Positions 36,683 through 49,549 of a stretch of DNA of 64,000 bases are shown one piece after another. The stretch is from the NCBI GenBank assembly GCA_013239625.1, contig MU053934.1, forward strand, positions 8,019,352-8,083,351, given 5' to 3'. The notes under the pieces are model-generated. The model did no database searches, had not been told where the DNA came from, and saw only the letters and a program-made list of their open reading frames with translations. Origin of the DNA: Lama guanicoe. Taxonomy: Eukaryota. The translations under genes were made by a program, and so were the position numbers. Positions within the stretch are counted from its first letter, which is position 1; each line of letters starts with the position of its first letter.

Positions 36683-36863
36683 CAGTGGTTCTCAGCTGGG
36701 GGGGGGTTGAGTCTGCCCCCAGGGGACACTGGCAGTGTCACGACTGGGATGGGGGTGCTGGTGGCATCTGGTGAATGGGGGCCGGGAATGCTGGTAAACA
36801 TCCTGTGATGCACTGGATAGCCACACACAATGTTGGGTCATTGTGCTGAGGTGGAGAAACCTG
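36683..36863. mobile_element. hAT-Charlie MITE (MER20-like)
   Basis: Terminal repeats cagtggttctca / ggagaaacctg; internal gcccccaggggacactggca, ggcatctggtg, gctggtaaacatcct. Confidence 0.8.
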
Positions 36864-39800
36864 GTGTTTGTTTCTTGGGGTGTCTCAGGAACCAAGAGAA
36901 GGTTGACTGGCCCCTGGGGTGGGGAAGCTCCTCGGGGCCCTCAGCCTCCAGGGTCTGGAAGCGCCCCCCGGAGTCTGCTGTGAACCCCCCCTTGGCCCAG
37001 CACCTGGGGTCCTCAGCTCAGTTTCTGGACGGGGAGAATCCACACGTACCCCCCGCCCCGGCCTGGCCGGCCAGTCACAGGCAGATGTGATACAAACACG
37101 GAGCCAGCCGGGGAGTGGCGGTCCTGGGGGGAGATGGGGGACCTTGGCAGACGCCCTCTCTGGAGGTGGAGGTGAGAAGACATGGATGACTGTTGTGAAA
37201 GCCCAGAGGAAATGCAGATTCTCCGTAACTGCGTCAGGCGGTAGACAGGACAGGGGAGGTGAAGGCCCCCACCCTCCCCCCAGTCCCAGGTCAGCCGAGG
37301 GAGGAGGGGCCTCGTGAGCCCCCAGGGCCTGAGTTCCCAGGGAAAAGAACCGTTACCTGGCTGGCTGGGAGCTGGTGGCGGGCCGTGACCCAGCCCAGGC
37401 CTGTCCTCAGGAGCCTTCGGGTGCTGAGGGGAGGAGACAGGCTAGTGTGCCAGAGACCCACGAGGGACATACAGCCTGGATTTGGGGTTCTGGGTTCTGG
37501 CTGGAGGAAGTGGTTCCCTGGTTGCGTGTAAAGGCTGGCCAGGAATTAGGAGAGGAGGGCCCTGGAGGACACCCCCGCTAGTCCCTTTGAGGAAGTGCAG
37601 GCAGGTCTGAGCGGCTGGGCTGCGGTGTGATGTGTGGGCCGTGGTCAGCCACAGGGCAAGCTGGAGTGGTCAGTGGGCCCTGTCGTCCGTGGAACATGGG
37701 AGCAGCAGGTGCCAGTGACCAATCTCAGCTACTTTAGAGGGTCCAGAGGCCACGGTGGGGTGACCAGTGAGGAAGTGGCTCGAATGTCGGTGCAGGCAGA
37801 GTGGGCTTCCCGGAGGTGGAGGCAGCGACAGGGCTGGGAAGCAGCAGGACTCCTGAGACAGCGAGGAGGCAGCAGCTGCAGGGCCTGATGCCGAGGGAGC
37901 CACCCAGGGGCTGCCCACAGGTGGAAGGAATTTTGCATAAAAACAGATTAGATGGAGCACCGTTCTCCAGGGCCCCTCCAGACTGGTGCACTGGGGAGGC
38001 TTGGAGCGCCTGGCTGTTCGGGCGTTTGCATAGAGAACTGATTGGTGCAAATAGTGACTCTGAAAGACTTTGAAGTGATTGCCACATCCTGTTTTAAGCA
38101 GGTCTGGACAACCCCTCCTACTTACTTTGAAAATAAAACTGGAATAGCATCTTTCATGGCAAGATCTAGGGAAAGGATTTGTGATGAGTTTGGCCTCCCT
38201 TGGCCGGGGACGTGGCCCTTTTAGGGGGGGGATCTTTCCCATTTCCGTCTCTCTCTGCTCACATGATCGCCTGCAGGACCCTTAGGAATTACCTACAGAT
38301 CATGGTTAAGGTGGGTTGGAATCCTAACTTGTGGGAAGGGAAAGAGAGTGGCTGGTCAGAAGTGGAGGGATGTAAGCAGGTGAGGGGCCGGGGCCATGGA
38401 CACAGCGGGTTCTAGAATGTTCTGTGGGAAGAGATGCCAGTGTAGATCCTATCTGGATCCAGTGGGCTGTGAGGGTCTCTGCAGACCCCACCAGTGAAGA
38501 GAAAAACAATGCCATGCCCCTTTCTCCAAACCCTAACACGTCTTCCTTGAGCGGGGCTGCCTCTCTCCGTGGGGGCAGCTCTTGGTCCGAGAGGGAGGTG
38601 CTGTCTGCCAGCTCCTGTGTTGCAGCTCGGCCCCCAGGAGTCCCTGGCATCACTGAAATTCACTGTTCTGTTTTCCTCTCTCTGGCTGAGAGGAAGTGGC
38701 TTTCAGGAGGCTTGGTGTGGCTTCGTCAAGTTTCCTTTGATTATTATTCTGACTACAATCTTCAAATCCAGCATTTCTTCTTGGTTGTCCCCCAGCTGTC
38801 CAAATGCACCCGGGGCATTTAAGAGAGAAACACGTAGGCACGGCAGCGTGTCCCGCGCTGGGCTTTTTTCTTGGCGGTCTACTGAAATCTCTCGGAAACT
38901 TGGCTTCAGTAGAGGACAGAAACGGGGATGCTGGGCCCAGACTGTTCTGTTCCTTACCTTTCTGTGCCGAGGCAGCCAACTCTCTGTGGTCCTCCTCGCA
39001 TCTTGGCTCTACCTGCGTGGTCCCCGAAGAGTCAGGTCGCCTTGGCAACCCCACATTCATTAGAGGAGCTCTGCTTTGAATCCTGTCTCCGCTCCGTGGA
39101 GTTAATATTTATCGCACATCCCAAAGTTGCTTACCCTCATGCTCCCTGTCCAGTTGTCAGAATCATTAAGGGATGGTTAGAAGATGTGAGGGGGTATGTG
39201 CCTGCTGTGAGCGGGTTTTAAGTGCGCCAGGTGATTGATTTCCCCCTGCTGTGGTTGGCAGAGGGCGGCTGCCTTCACCCAGCTATTGTCTTGTTTTCAG
39301 GTGCACGGTTCCATCACAGAAAAGACGTACCCTAAGAAGGGATGTTTTCTTCTTTCATTAGCCGTAAACTTTTTAGATTTCAGATGAAAAATGGCTTTAC
39401 TTCTTAATGAGTATACTTATTATTTATTATATTATGGAGAGGCTGACAAAACATATGAGTAAGTTTAGGAGTACATTATAAACCTACGTTGGCCCGGTGG
39501 TGTTAATCTGCGAATCTATACTGAGTGCTCTTGAGGCAGGAGAATGTAAGCATGGACTGCACTCAATTCTAGAAGTTTTTGGTGTTTTTTGCCTCATTGC
39601 GGTGCTCCTTCTCAGTAACGCGTCAAACGAGGGACCACTTTCGGGTTAAAAGAGAAAATGGAGTGAGCAGCAGGCTGCAGCATCATTGGGTCTCTGGGGC
39701 TCATAGCACCCGAGACGTCACGTGGTTGGCGCTAGGATGCTGGGGTGCCAGTGGTCCTTTCAGTTTCTCCCTCCTCTGAGCATCGAGGGCCATGGGAACC

Positions 39801-41499
39801 CTCAGATTCTATGTGTTTTCCTCTCTGAGTTTGAAAGCTTTGGGGCCTCACTTCCTCATTTGTGAGGTGGGGAGAGGGAGGGCAGGACCAGCTCTGTCTT
39901 TCCGAGCTGGTTCCCAGACGGGCAGTGGGTTCCTGCAGGAGGCTGCGCACGGGCTGGTGGAGCCAGGTCTCCGCTCACATCCTCACACCCCCGCTCCGTG
40001 GGGCTGTTACCCATCTCTCTCAGGCTGTGCCTGACCAGGCCACGCGGACCATGGTGGCATTGCCCTGAGGGGATGTGAGGATAAAATGAGATGAAAAAAG
40101 TGAGCACTTATCAGCAGTCAGGTGCTCCATCAGCGTTGGTTATTGATAACGTGGACAAGTGAGGTATTGACCCAGACACTGGCTCCAGAGTGGGTTAGCG
40201 GTGAGGGCAGGGCCGGCAGGCAGTTTCCGCCTGAGAGCAAACTCCGCTCTGTCGATAATGGCCGCCTGCCCCTGTGTTAAGGAGGATTCTGAGGCTGCAT
40301 CTGAGCTAGGGGAAAGAATGCTGGGACTAACTAGTCAAGCCTGCAGTGTGTATGGGAGGGTTAGTTGCTGAATGATTTTCATCCTCTTTTCTTGCTCTGG
40401 TTCGGTATCATTTTAACAGCCCTGGCTGCTTCTTTCCCAGCGTGTCCCATGAAGGCGCTGGTTGGCGGCTGGTAACCTAGTTACATAAATCCCTCAGCAT
40501 GTGAACATTTGGGGAACGTTGGTATCCTCCTTCTTGTCCTGGCCCACTGTGACCAGGAACACGGTGCACGCGCATCGGAGGGGTGCACTGCACGGAAGTG
40601 AAGGTCCGTGCGTTTGCAGAGCCAGCAGGTGTCTCTGAGCAGGGAGGTGGCATTCCTGGAATGTGAGGCCAGCTCAGCAGGGTGCTGGCCCACCTCGGCC
40701 TCTGGGGCGCTTCCTTGCCAGCAGCCCGAGGAGTCAGACCATCGGGCAAATCTCAGCACTTTACTCTGCGTGTTAGTAGTTGAGCGCCTGCTCGTTCGGC
40801 TCGGGCACTCTGAAACCACTGTCCTTGGCTTGGCTCTTTCCAGCTGGACTTGCTAGTCAAGCAGAGGTGTCAGGAATGTTAATTTCCCCACGGAAGACCT
40901 TCTCAGCAGTTTATGCCTGTTCTTATAAGTTGTGTGCTTTCCTACTTTCATCTGAAAAGTTACAATTCCAAAGGACCTACCTTTTTAAACTCTAATGCTA
41001 AGGTATTAAAAAGTTAAAGAGGGGCTGACCATTCCTGAACTCCTAGGGCTTGAATCCAGCACTCCCGGAAGCAGCTGTCCAGTTGATGGAGCCCAGGCCA
41101 CCCTCAGCGTCTGCTGCGTCTCCCGTTACCGCGGAGTCTGCTAGGAGCGTCCAGGCGCTGCTTTGATTATGTGGACAGAGCACCCTTTGAGCAGGCTGGG
41201 GGAGGGGGACACCGTACTTGTGGTGCTTGTAACTCATTGCTGGTATATATGGACGCGGAGGGATGTCTTTCTCAAAGCCCAATTCGAAGTGTCTTCATCC
41301 CTCTATTTTTTCTTATTTTGAAAATTAATATCTTTCAAAGCAAGACCTGAACGCATCCATACTTGATATATACAAACTTAATAGATGATCATCTGAGAAA
41401 TAGTGAGGGAGAAGTTAAAAGAAGAATTAAAAAAAAAACACACACACACACCCAGAATGGAGTCTGCAGTGGTCATGCTCATGGCTGGGGCTCGTTGGC

Positions 41500-41680
41500 A
41501 CCAGTGACGTTCCAGGCCCAGTGCTGAACACACTGCACACGTTACCTTCTTTGATCTTCACCCAAAGCTGGGAAGTGGGTACCATGTGGTTATTCCCATT
41601 TTGCAGGTGAGTAAACAGAGGCTCAGAGACGTGAAGTCTCTTGCAGGAGGTCACACTGCTGGTGAGATTAAAACCCCCGC
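41500..41680 (-). mobile_element. MIR SINE
   Basis: tattcccattttgcaggtgagtaaacagaggctcagagacgtgaagtctcttgcaggaggtcacac. Confidence 0.7.
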
Positions 41681-42462
41681 AGCCATGCTCTTAATTGCCA
41701 CCAACCTTGTAAACTGGAAGAGTGATTCAAATGCGAGTTATCTTCCCAGCTGGCTCGCAGTAGAGTCATTATCATTCCTGGCATTTGAGATGCATTCAGC
41801 CCTAGCAGTAGGAAGATGCTCTGGAGGAGACAAATGAGATCTGTTTTGTGCTGAATGGACTGGTTGGCATTTGCAGAAAGAAGACAGAACCCCAGTGGCT
41901 TCATGCTGCTCCAGGACCCAGTCCAGGTCCCCGATGGCCCTCCGTTGCCTGCACAGCTCTCGGCCAGTCTCCCCTCATCTTCCATGGCTCTGGGCCCTCC
42001 TGTGCGCTGTTCCCTCTGCTGCATTGGCTTAAATGCCAGCCTTCAGCAGGAGGGGACCCCATGCTGCCCACTGTCCCCCACATTCTGTGCCTTCCTGCCA
42101 GAGGTTGTTGGCTCCATGACTGTCTCCTGATAGCCTGTGTCCCCCAGCCCAGTGTGTTGTTGTCTCGTCTCCAGAGATGACAATGAGAAATGCTTTTGGC
42201 CACTTAGCATGGTCTTTGTGTATTTGCTTGAGTGAGCAAGAGGCAGACTGTGCAATGGTTACGGCCACTGACCTTGGGACCCTCCTCTGAGGGTCTCAAC
42301 TCATCCTGCTGCGCTCTGGGGCTTTGACCTGAGGAAAGGTACTTCCCTGCCCTGTGCCTCAGTTTCCTCTTCTGTAAAGAGTACTCAACTCATGGGGTTA
42401 TTAGGGAATTGAGTTATTAAATGAAATGATGCAGTTTAAACTGAGCCTGACCAAGCCCCAGA

Positions 42463-43309
42463 GTGGGAGAAACTGTTCCTGTGATTCAGGTACCAAGTCC
42501 ACTTCTGATCACCAGTTGTGGTTCTGACACCAGTCCCGATGCGTGTGGGCGTTTTGCCCACACCAGGCACGTCTCTGACACTCGTCGGCTGCCCTGCGAT
42601 TTAGTCCGGTTCTGGCACCATCTATCGGGAGGTAGCATCTGGTCCCGTAAGTTAAGGGTTTAGTCCCACACGACTGCCCCCTACTTGGGATGCTGATCAC
42701 AAGTTCAGGTTGTTGTCTGTGCTTCTGACTCACTGGCTATAAACCAGAGGTTCCTATGACCCCCTCCTTGGGTTTGATTAATTTGCTAGAGCGCCTCACT
42801 GAACTCAGAGAAACATTTTGCTCACTAGGTTACCAGTTTATTATAAAAAGATGTAACTCAGGATCAGCCAGATGGAAGAGACACAGAGGGCCAGGTATGT
42901 GGGAGGGGGTACATCACTCACCCAGCAGCTCTGTTGTTCACCCACCTGGAGGGCTCTCTGAACCCAGTCCTTCTGGGCTTTTACGGAGGCTTCATTATAC
43001 AGGCATGACTGATTAATTCATAGGCCGTTAGAGATTCTCCAGATCAATCTCCAGCCCCCTCCCCTCCCCGGAAGTTTGGGGGTGGGACTGAAAGAAAGTA
43101 CCAGCTCTCTAATCGCACGGTTGGTTCCCCTGGCAACCAGCCTCCATCCTTAGGTTACCTGGGGGCTTTTCCGAAAGTTACCTCATTAACACAAGGCCTC
43201 TTTTTCGCTCTCAGCACTTAGGAAATTCCTAGAATTTTAGGAGCTAGGGCCAGGAATTGGGATGACGAGCAAATGTATGTATTTCTTATTCTAAGTCACA
43301 ATTATCACA
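42463..43309 (-). mobile_element. Old ERV solo LTR (MER21-like)
   Basis: aagttaagggtttagtcccacacgactgccccc, gaggttcctatgaccccctccttgggtttgattaatttgctagagcg; terminus tatcaca (TGTGATA on minus). Confidence 0.75.
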
Positions 43310-43314
43310 ATTCC

Positions 43315-44215
43315 TAGAACACGAGTGATAAAGGACCAGTGTCCAGGATGGGTAAAGAACTCCTACAACTCGGTACTAGGAAGACGAACAACCCAGTGAA
43401 AGAGTAGACAAAAGTTCTGAACAGATGCTCCACCGGAGGAGATGTACAAATGGCCAGGTGGGTCTGGAAAAGACCTCAGCTTCAGCATCGCTGGTCGCCT
43501 GGGACATGAACCACAAACGAGGTGCAGAGGGGACACACTGAACATCTGCCGGGATGGCTGAAAAGATCCCACCACGACTTGGCGAGGACGTGGAGCAGCT
43601 GGGGCGGGGTTTACAGGGGTGCCATCATTTAGGGAGTAGTTTGGTAGTTTCTTTAAGAATGAAACCTACGTCCTCCCTGTGACCCAGCAGTCTCGATCTG
43701 AGATATTTACTCAAGAGAAATGAAGACCTGTGTCCACACGGAACCTTTTGCAAGCATGTTCATAGCACTGTGTTCCTGGCAGCTAATACTGGAGTTGGCT
43801 TGGCTGTCCATCAACAGGAGAATGGAGAGGTGGGTGGGGCCATGCTTCGGAGACAGAATATTACTGGTCAGTGAGAAGGAACAAGGACCAGTGCACACGA
43901 CATGGCGACTCTCAAAGCCACTGTGCCCAGCCAAAGAAGCCAGACCCAAGGAGGGCACACTGTGACCCCATTTCTGTAAGGTGAAGGGGTTCCAGATGGA
44001 TGCAGCTAATCTGTGGTGGTTTCTCTGGGGTGGGATGGGGCCTGGCTGGGGAGGGGCAGGAGGGACTCTTCCGTCACTGTGAAGAAGTCCTCTGCCTTGA
44101 TAGGGGTTTAAGGTACACAGGTGCATGCATTTGTCACAACTAATTGAATGTGCACTTAAGAATGTGCATTTCAATGTATGCAGATTTTAACGCAAAAGGA
44201 AAAAGAATTATAAAT
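43315..44215 (+). mobile_element. Old L1 (ORF2 end plus 3' UTR)
   Basis: aaagaactcctacaactc...atatttactcaagagaaatgaagacctgtgtccacac (MKTCVHT...MFIAL)...gcacttaagaatgtgcatttcaatgtatg. Confidence 0.8.
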
Positions 44216-44306
44216 AATTCCTGCACTCTAGTTAGTGATATAGACGCTTAGAGGGGGCAGTATCCCTGCCTGCAGTTTACTCTGAAATGCAGAAAAGTTA
44301 AGACGG

Positions 44307-44840
44307 TGTGGCAGGCCAATTAATGGCCCCCACAGATGTCCACACCCCAATACCTGGAACCTGTGACTGCATCATCTTATGTGGTGAAAAGGACTTCGCA
44401 GATGTGATTAAGTTAAGGACCCTGAGCTGAAGAGACTCTCCTGGATTATCCAGGTGGGCACAAGGGCCTTTTTTTTTTTTTTTAAATAGCATTACTGGGG
44501 GTTGAACCCAGGACCTTGTGCATGCTGAGCACAAGCTCTACCCCTGAGCTCTCCCCAGCCCCCCACAAGGGTCCTTATAAAAGGGAGGCAGGAGGGTCAG
44601 TGTAAGAGAAATGGAAACAGAGGTCAGAGTGATGCAGGGCCATAAGCCAAGGAGTGTGGGTGCCTGTAGAAGCTGGAAAACAAAGAAAAAGATCCCCCTA
44701 CACCCTCCAGAAGGAACACAGCCCTGCTGACACCTTGATTTTAGCCAGTGAAGCCTATTTTGGACTCTGGCCCCCAGAGATGTAAGATGATGCCACTGGA
44801 TGCGTGAACGTCTGTTAGGGCAGAGGCAGAAACACACAGA
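44307..44840 (+). mobile_element. MaLR LTR (MLT1D-like) with a nested minus-strand Vic-1-like SINE (~44468-44563)
   Basis: Starts tgtggcaggccaattaatggccccc. The nested SINE (T run, then ggttgaacccaggaccttgtgcatgctgagcacaagctctacccctgagct) is flanked by the duplicated cacaaggg. Confidence 0.85.
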
Positions 44841-45050
44841 TTGCTGGGTAGACAGAGAGATGCATGGATGCATAATGAGGCAGTCACAGGGAGTGTTAGT
44901 GCTAGACTCCATACAGCCCAGGTTGGGGGCACAAGTGTTCACCGTCAGGTTCTCTATATGGTTCTATGTGTCTGAAAATGTTCATAATAAAATTGGGGAA
45001 AATGCCTGGGCCAGGCACGTAGTAAGCATTACAGAGTTGTTAACCATCCT

Positions 45051-45165
45051 TCTCATTAGCATCTCATTATCATGAGCAACAGGCCGTGCTCATCATTCTC
45101 ATTAGCATCTCATTATCATGAGCAACAGGCCACGCTCATCATTCTCATTAGCATCTCATTATCAT
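45051..45165. repeat. 46-bp tandem repeat, about 2.5 copies
   Basis: Unit tctcattagcatctcattatcatgagcaacaggcc(gt/ac)gctcatcat starting at 45051, 45097 and 45143. Confidence 0.95.
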
Positions 45166-46053
45166 TACCACTATGGCCACTCCTGCTTTATCCATCAAAT
45201 ACAGAAGAGGTGCAGAAAGAGAAGAACATGGGCTGGTGGTAACTGGACAGAAATAATAAAATATAATGAGACCATCATGACCTGTTTGGATCATTGCTTC
45301 CGTTTAAGAACACTTGAGGGGAGAACTCAAGTGAAGGGATGGGAACTCGGGAGCTAGAGTCCAGTCAGTGTGATTTCCTACGGTTCCCCCGTGGGGTCCA
45401 GGAGGCAAGGATGCGCAGAGAATGGGACGGAAGACACGGTGCTCCGGGGGCTGTGGCGTCATCCTCAAGCCCCCTGCACTGCTGCTCCTGAGAATGTCTG
45501 CGCTTTGTTAGGGGAAGAGAGTGTTTTAGTTAAGTCTATCTAGAAAACATATTATTAGTGTAATGAGATTTTAATGATTTGAAATTTTGTTGGAGCCACA
45601 CACAGAATTTCAATCTTATTGTGTGCAGCTGGGCTTGGTTTTGCTTTATTTTATTTTTTTTGCTCGTGCCTCATTGCAAGGACGCATTTCTCCAATTATT
45701 ATTTAGGTTTGCTTTGCGAGCGCCCTGCTTTTCAGCTGCTCTTTATTTTCTTGTTTAGAGGATCCCTTGGAAGAAGAGAATATCCTTTCTGCAAACACTC
45801 AGCTGGTTGATCAGAAGCAGAGTGTGAGGGCTGTCACTGAAGAGGTTTATGTTTGTTTAAGGTTCATGCCAGGGTTCTGCTTATCGTTCGTAATTGTCAT
45901 GAAGTGGAAACCACGCAGTTGTCCAGCCGCAGCTGAATGGAAGAACGCAGTGTGGCCTGTCAGTGCATTGGAATACTATTCGGCAATAAAAAGGAGCAAC
46001 TTGCTGATGCAGGCTGCAGTACAGATCAGTGCTGCCCGGGATCCTCCTTGTAC

Positions 46054-46655
46054 TGTTGCAGAAAAATGTGTTACAGCTCCGTGTTACAGCTCAGTTGTAA
46101 CAGCAACCTGGATCTCGAGGAGAGACCAAGCACCACTCTTGAGAGTTAGAGAACTCAGGTTTATTACACCAGCAGGCCCAGACGAGTTAACACTCCAAGC
46201 TCTGGACCCCCTCTGTAGGTTTACACAGGCCTTTATAGGCTCCCAGTTTTAGACTTTGCAACATCATATGCAAATAAGATATAGCAAAAGTTGACCAACT
46301 ACGAATAAACTTTGTAGAAATAGACCAATCAGGAGTGAGAGAAATAACTAATAAGGAGTGAGCTCCATGCAAATGAAGTACTACAAATGGACCAATCAGA
46401 AATTAGGGAAGTGGACCAATCAGAAGTTAGGGAAGTGGACCAATCAGAAGTGAGAGTAATAACCAATCAGGAGTGAAGGAAATAACCAATCAGAAGTGAG
46501 CTCAGGGAACCAATAGAATTTTAGGGGTAAGTAAGCCGTTTCAGAGGCAAAAAGTGAGATAGAGCCTCTGGGCCGTGGAACCGGATGGTGCTGTCAGGAG
46601 AGCAGTGGCCCTGCTTGGGGGTCCTGCCGGTCTTTTTATGGGGCTTCCCGCCTCA
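46054..46655 (-). mobile_element. Intact 602-bp ERV solo LTR (ERV1-like), antisense to PARVB
   Basis: TG...CA termini; perfect 4-bp TSD gtac (46050-46053, 46656-46659). Minus-strand TATAAA at 46232-46237 and AATAAA at 46160-46165 lie in U3-R-U5 order. Confidence 0.9.
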
Positions 46656-47164
46656 GTACGGGAGGAGCTGGGGTGCTCGTCCAGCCTCTGCCCACCCCTG
46701 GCTGGGGACGATACCTCGGAAGCACAGTGGAGGCACAGGAAGGTACCCGGGCCCCTCCACTCCCAGACGTGGTTTTAATGCCATTTAGGGAAGTGGCTGT
46801 GGAGGATGGAGGCAGATTTGTGGTTCCTGCACTGCCTTCTGTAACGAATACTGTGAAATGGAGTGACTTGTTCATTCATTCATACCTTTATTGCGTGGCC
46901 CCGGGAATAAAGCCTGGAATGTACCTGCGCAGCCCCTGCCCTCAGGTGGTCCCAGACAGTAAGGGACTAGGCAGACCAGAGCCCCACACTCCCCAGGGAT
47001 GAGGGGACCTCAGTGCACGTGGTGGGTCCAGCCGGGGCCTGGAGTCAGGGAGGGCGCCCCTGCAGGGGTGCTTCTTGAGCTCCGAGCTGGGGAATGAGTT
47101 GGATTTAGCAGGAAAGGTGGGGACAGACAGCGGGAACAGCATGTGGGAAGGCTGCGCGGTGGGT

Positions 47165-47550
47165 GGGGAGGAGGGTCTGAGTTGTGCTCCCCAGGTTCAG
47201 GTGCTGAAGCCCTAACCCCCCAGTCCCTCAGTGTGTGTGTGACCTTACTTGGGGGAGGGTCTTTGCAGAGGTAACTACGTCAGACTAAGGTCACCCGGTG
47301 GGCCCTCAGCCAGTGTCAATGCTGTCCTTATAAGAAGGGGAAACCAGGCCACAGGCACACACGGAGGGAAGCAGTGAAGACGCAGGGAGAAGACAGCTGT
47401 TGACAAGCCCCGGAGGGAGCCCTCAGAAGAGAGCAGCCCTCGGTCTTGGACCTCCAGCCTCCAGGACTGTGTGGCAGTAAACTTCTGGTGTTTAAAGGCC
47501 CCCGACCCCCATCTGTGTACTTCCTCACGGCAGCCCCGGGACAGGAGTAC
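47165..47550 (+). mobile_element. MaLR LTR (MLT1A-like)
   Basis: gctgaagccctaaccccc...gggtctttgcagaggtaa...gtccttataagaagggg...ttggacctccagcctccaggactgtg. Confidence 0.8.
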
Positions 47551-49345
47551 CATGTGTGTGGTTGGAACTCGGAGGGAGTGGGCTGGGGGTTGTGGGCGGT
47601 GAGGCAGGGGCCACGCAGGGGCCATGCAGAGGCAGGTCCTGGGCCCCTTTCTGGCCGTGCCCACTGGGTGGCAGAGGTGACCCTGTCCTCTCAGGTCGAG
47701 GAGCAGCCACAAGCCAGGGAGAGGGCTGCTCCTTTCTGGGCCTCCTCTTTCAAGGTGTGTGTATTTTTAAAGAAGATGCCTGGCAAAGCAGATTGAGTCA
47801 CGGGGTTTGGCTGTGGCGTGACCCCAGTGGGGCCGGGGGAGCAGAGCTATTACCTCGGGGGCGTTTGCTGCTGGGGGTTCAGTCGCTGTTAGGGGCAGAG
47901 TGGTCCTGGTCGTGGCTGTCCATCTCCCAGTGAGCACTTAGGGCCCTTTCCATCCCAGAGGTGTGTATGAGCAGCCTTTACTGAAAACCCGACCACCAGA
48001 AACAAATAAAGCCCCCAAAACCAAGACGGAAGCCAGGTCAGGGCCTTGCATTTGAACGGGGTGAGATGTAAAAGAAATCCTCTTTACTGCCGCATGGCGG
48101 GAGCGTCTCAGCTCTGAGCGGGAGAGGCGCGGGTCAGAATTGTTCAGGCGATGAGCGAGAGACGCAGCTGCGTTATTTCAAGCGGAAACGTTCGGCTTAG
48201 GTGAGCGAGCCTCGGTAGAGACAAAAGGACTGGTGTAGGGAGGCCTGGCCCAGAGATTTGGCGCTGGTGTGACCCTGCGCGGCGTGTGTGGCTCACGTCC
48301 CCACGGCATCGCAGGGAACTGCCTCCCCTCCCCCTCCTCCGAGTTAGGTCCCAAGTGCACCCCCAGCCAGCGTGTCCTGTCCTGTCGCCGGGGTGGGCTG
48401 TGGGCTGTACTTGAACCTGGATGATTCCAGCACTAGGGTCCCCAGCTGTAGGGCCAGGCTCTCTGGCTCCAAGGCTGTGCTCTGTCTTATGCCTCCTCCC
48501 AAAAGAAATCAAATGAGAATTGAGTCCCATTTGCAGATGAGGAAACTGAGGCCCCCGAGAAGGGGTGGGGAGCCAGGTCTCTTGCTGAGAGGCCTTCTCA
48601 CTGTAGGTCCCTGTGGCCGACTTCCGTGAGCACAGTGTACGCGGGTGTTGAAATGAATGCTGCCAGCTGTGAATGCGGTGGCCAGTCAACGTGAAAGGGA
48701 CTCCTTTCCTCCTCCCTTTTCTCACTGCAGACGCTGGACGAGAGTGGATGGTCCCTTTCTCAAGGTTAGCTTCGGTCTGATTAGATTTGGATGTCCTCCC
48801 ACGCTTTGAACTGGTGTAAAAACATCCAGCAGGTGAAAATGTGAGCGGGGGCGCGCACAGTGCAGATGGCATTTGGAGGCCGATTAGATTTCTCCAGCGC
48901 TAAAAGGCCCCCTGAGGCAGCGTCCCCACCGCTGCGGTGGCCCCACCGATTGCTTTCATTTTCCTCAGCATTGGAGTGATTCAGTTTTAAGCCCGATTTC
49001 TGAGCGTGTTGCAAGGAACTTCGGGGACCACAGTAGCCCTGGAGAGAGTCAAGCTGGAAATCAAACTCAAATTGGTGCTTCATTCCTATTAAAGGCGGCA
49101 GATTTCCGCCCTGAATGCGGGCTCAGCCAGCCGGAACGGGGAGCGAGTGGATTTTAGTGCCCAAGCAGTTGGAGCCTCAGGCTCAGCCTCTGGTGTCTCC
49201 GGCGGGGCTTGGGTCTGGATGCTCCCTCTGGGAATGAGCCCTGTGTGGAGTTTGTTTTGATGTCGTGGGCGTTCAGGGCCTTGGGTGTGTGCCAGGGTCT
49301 AGACTCACCCAAATTCCTTCCTCTGCTTCCCAGTCATCATCTACA

Positions 49346-49549
49346 GAGGGGTCTGCAGACTTCTACTGTAAAGGGTCAGACAGGAAATATTTCAGTCTTG
49401 TGGCAGCTGCTGAACTCTGCCGCGACAGCCAGCCAGCGGCCGTAGGAAGTGCTGAACGGATGGCCCTGGCTGTGTTCTAACGAAGCTTATTCACCAGGTC
49501 AGGCCAGGGGCCACATTTGGCCCTCATGGCCGTAGTTTGCAGACCCCTG
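49346..49549. mobile_element. hAT-Charlie MITE (MER58A-like)
   Basis: Inverted termini gaggggtctgcagact / agtttgcagacccctg; internal ctgtaaagggtcagacaggaaatatt. Confidence 0.8.

Noticed and set aside
38468..38550. EEKNNAMPLSP, superficially like parvin exon 2 (EEGKNAINSPMSP)
   Set aside because: No phase-compatible acceptor with a polypyrimidine tract, the VSDLQ and PEDT flanks are missing, and there is no suitable donor. Most likely chance; true exon 2 appears to lie beyond the window.
46385..46515. Regularly spaced repeats as a CRISPR-like array (also 45051-45165)
   Set aside because: Units are head-to-tail tandem repeats without unique spacers, there are no cas genes, and the context is eukaryotic. 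The first lies inside an LTR.
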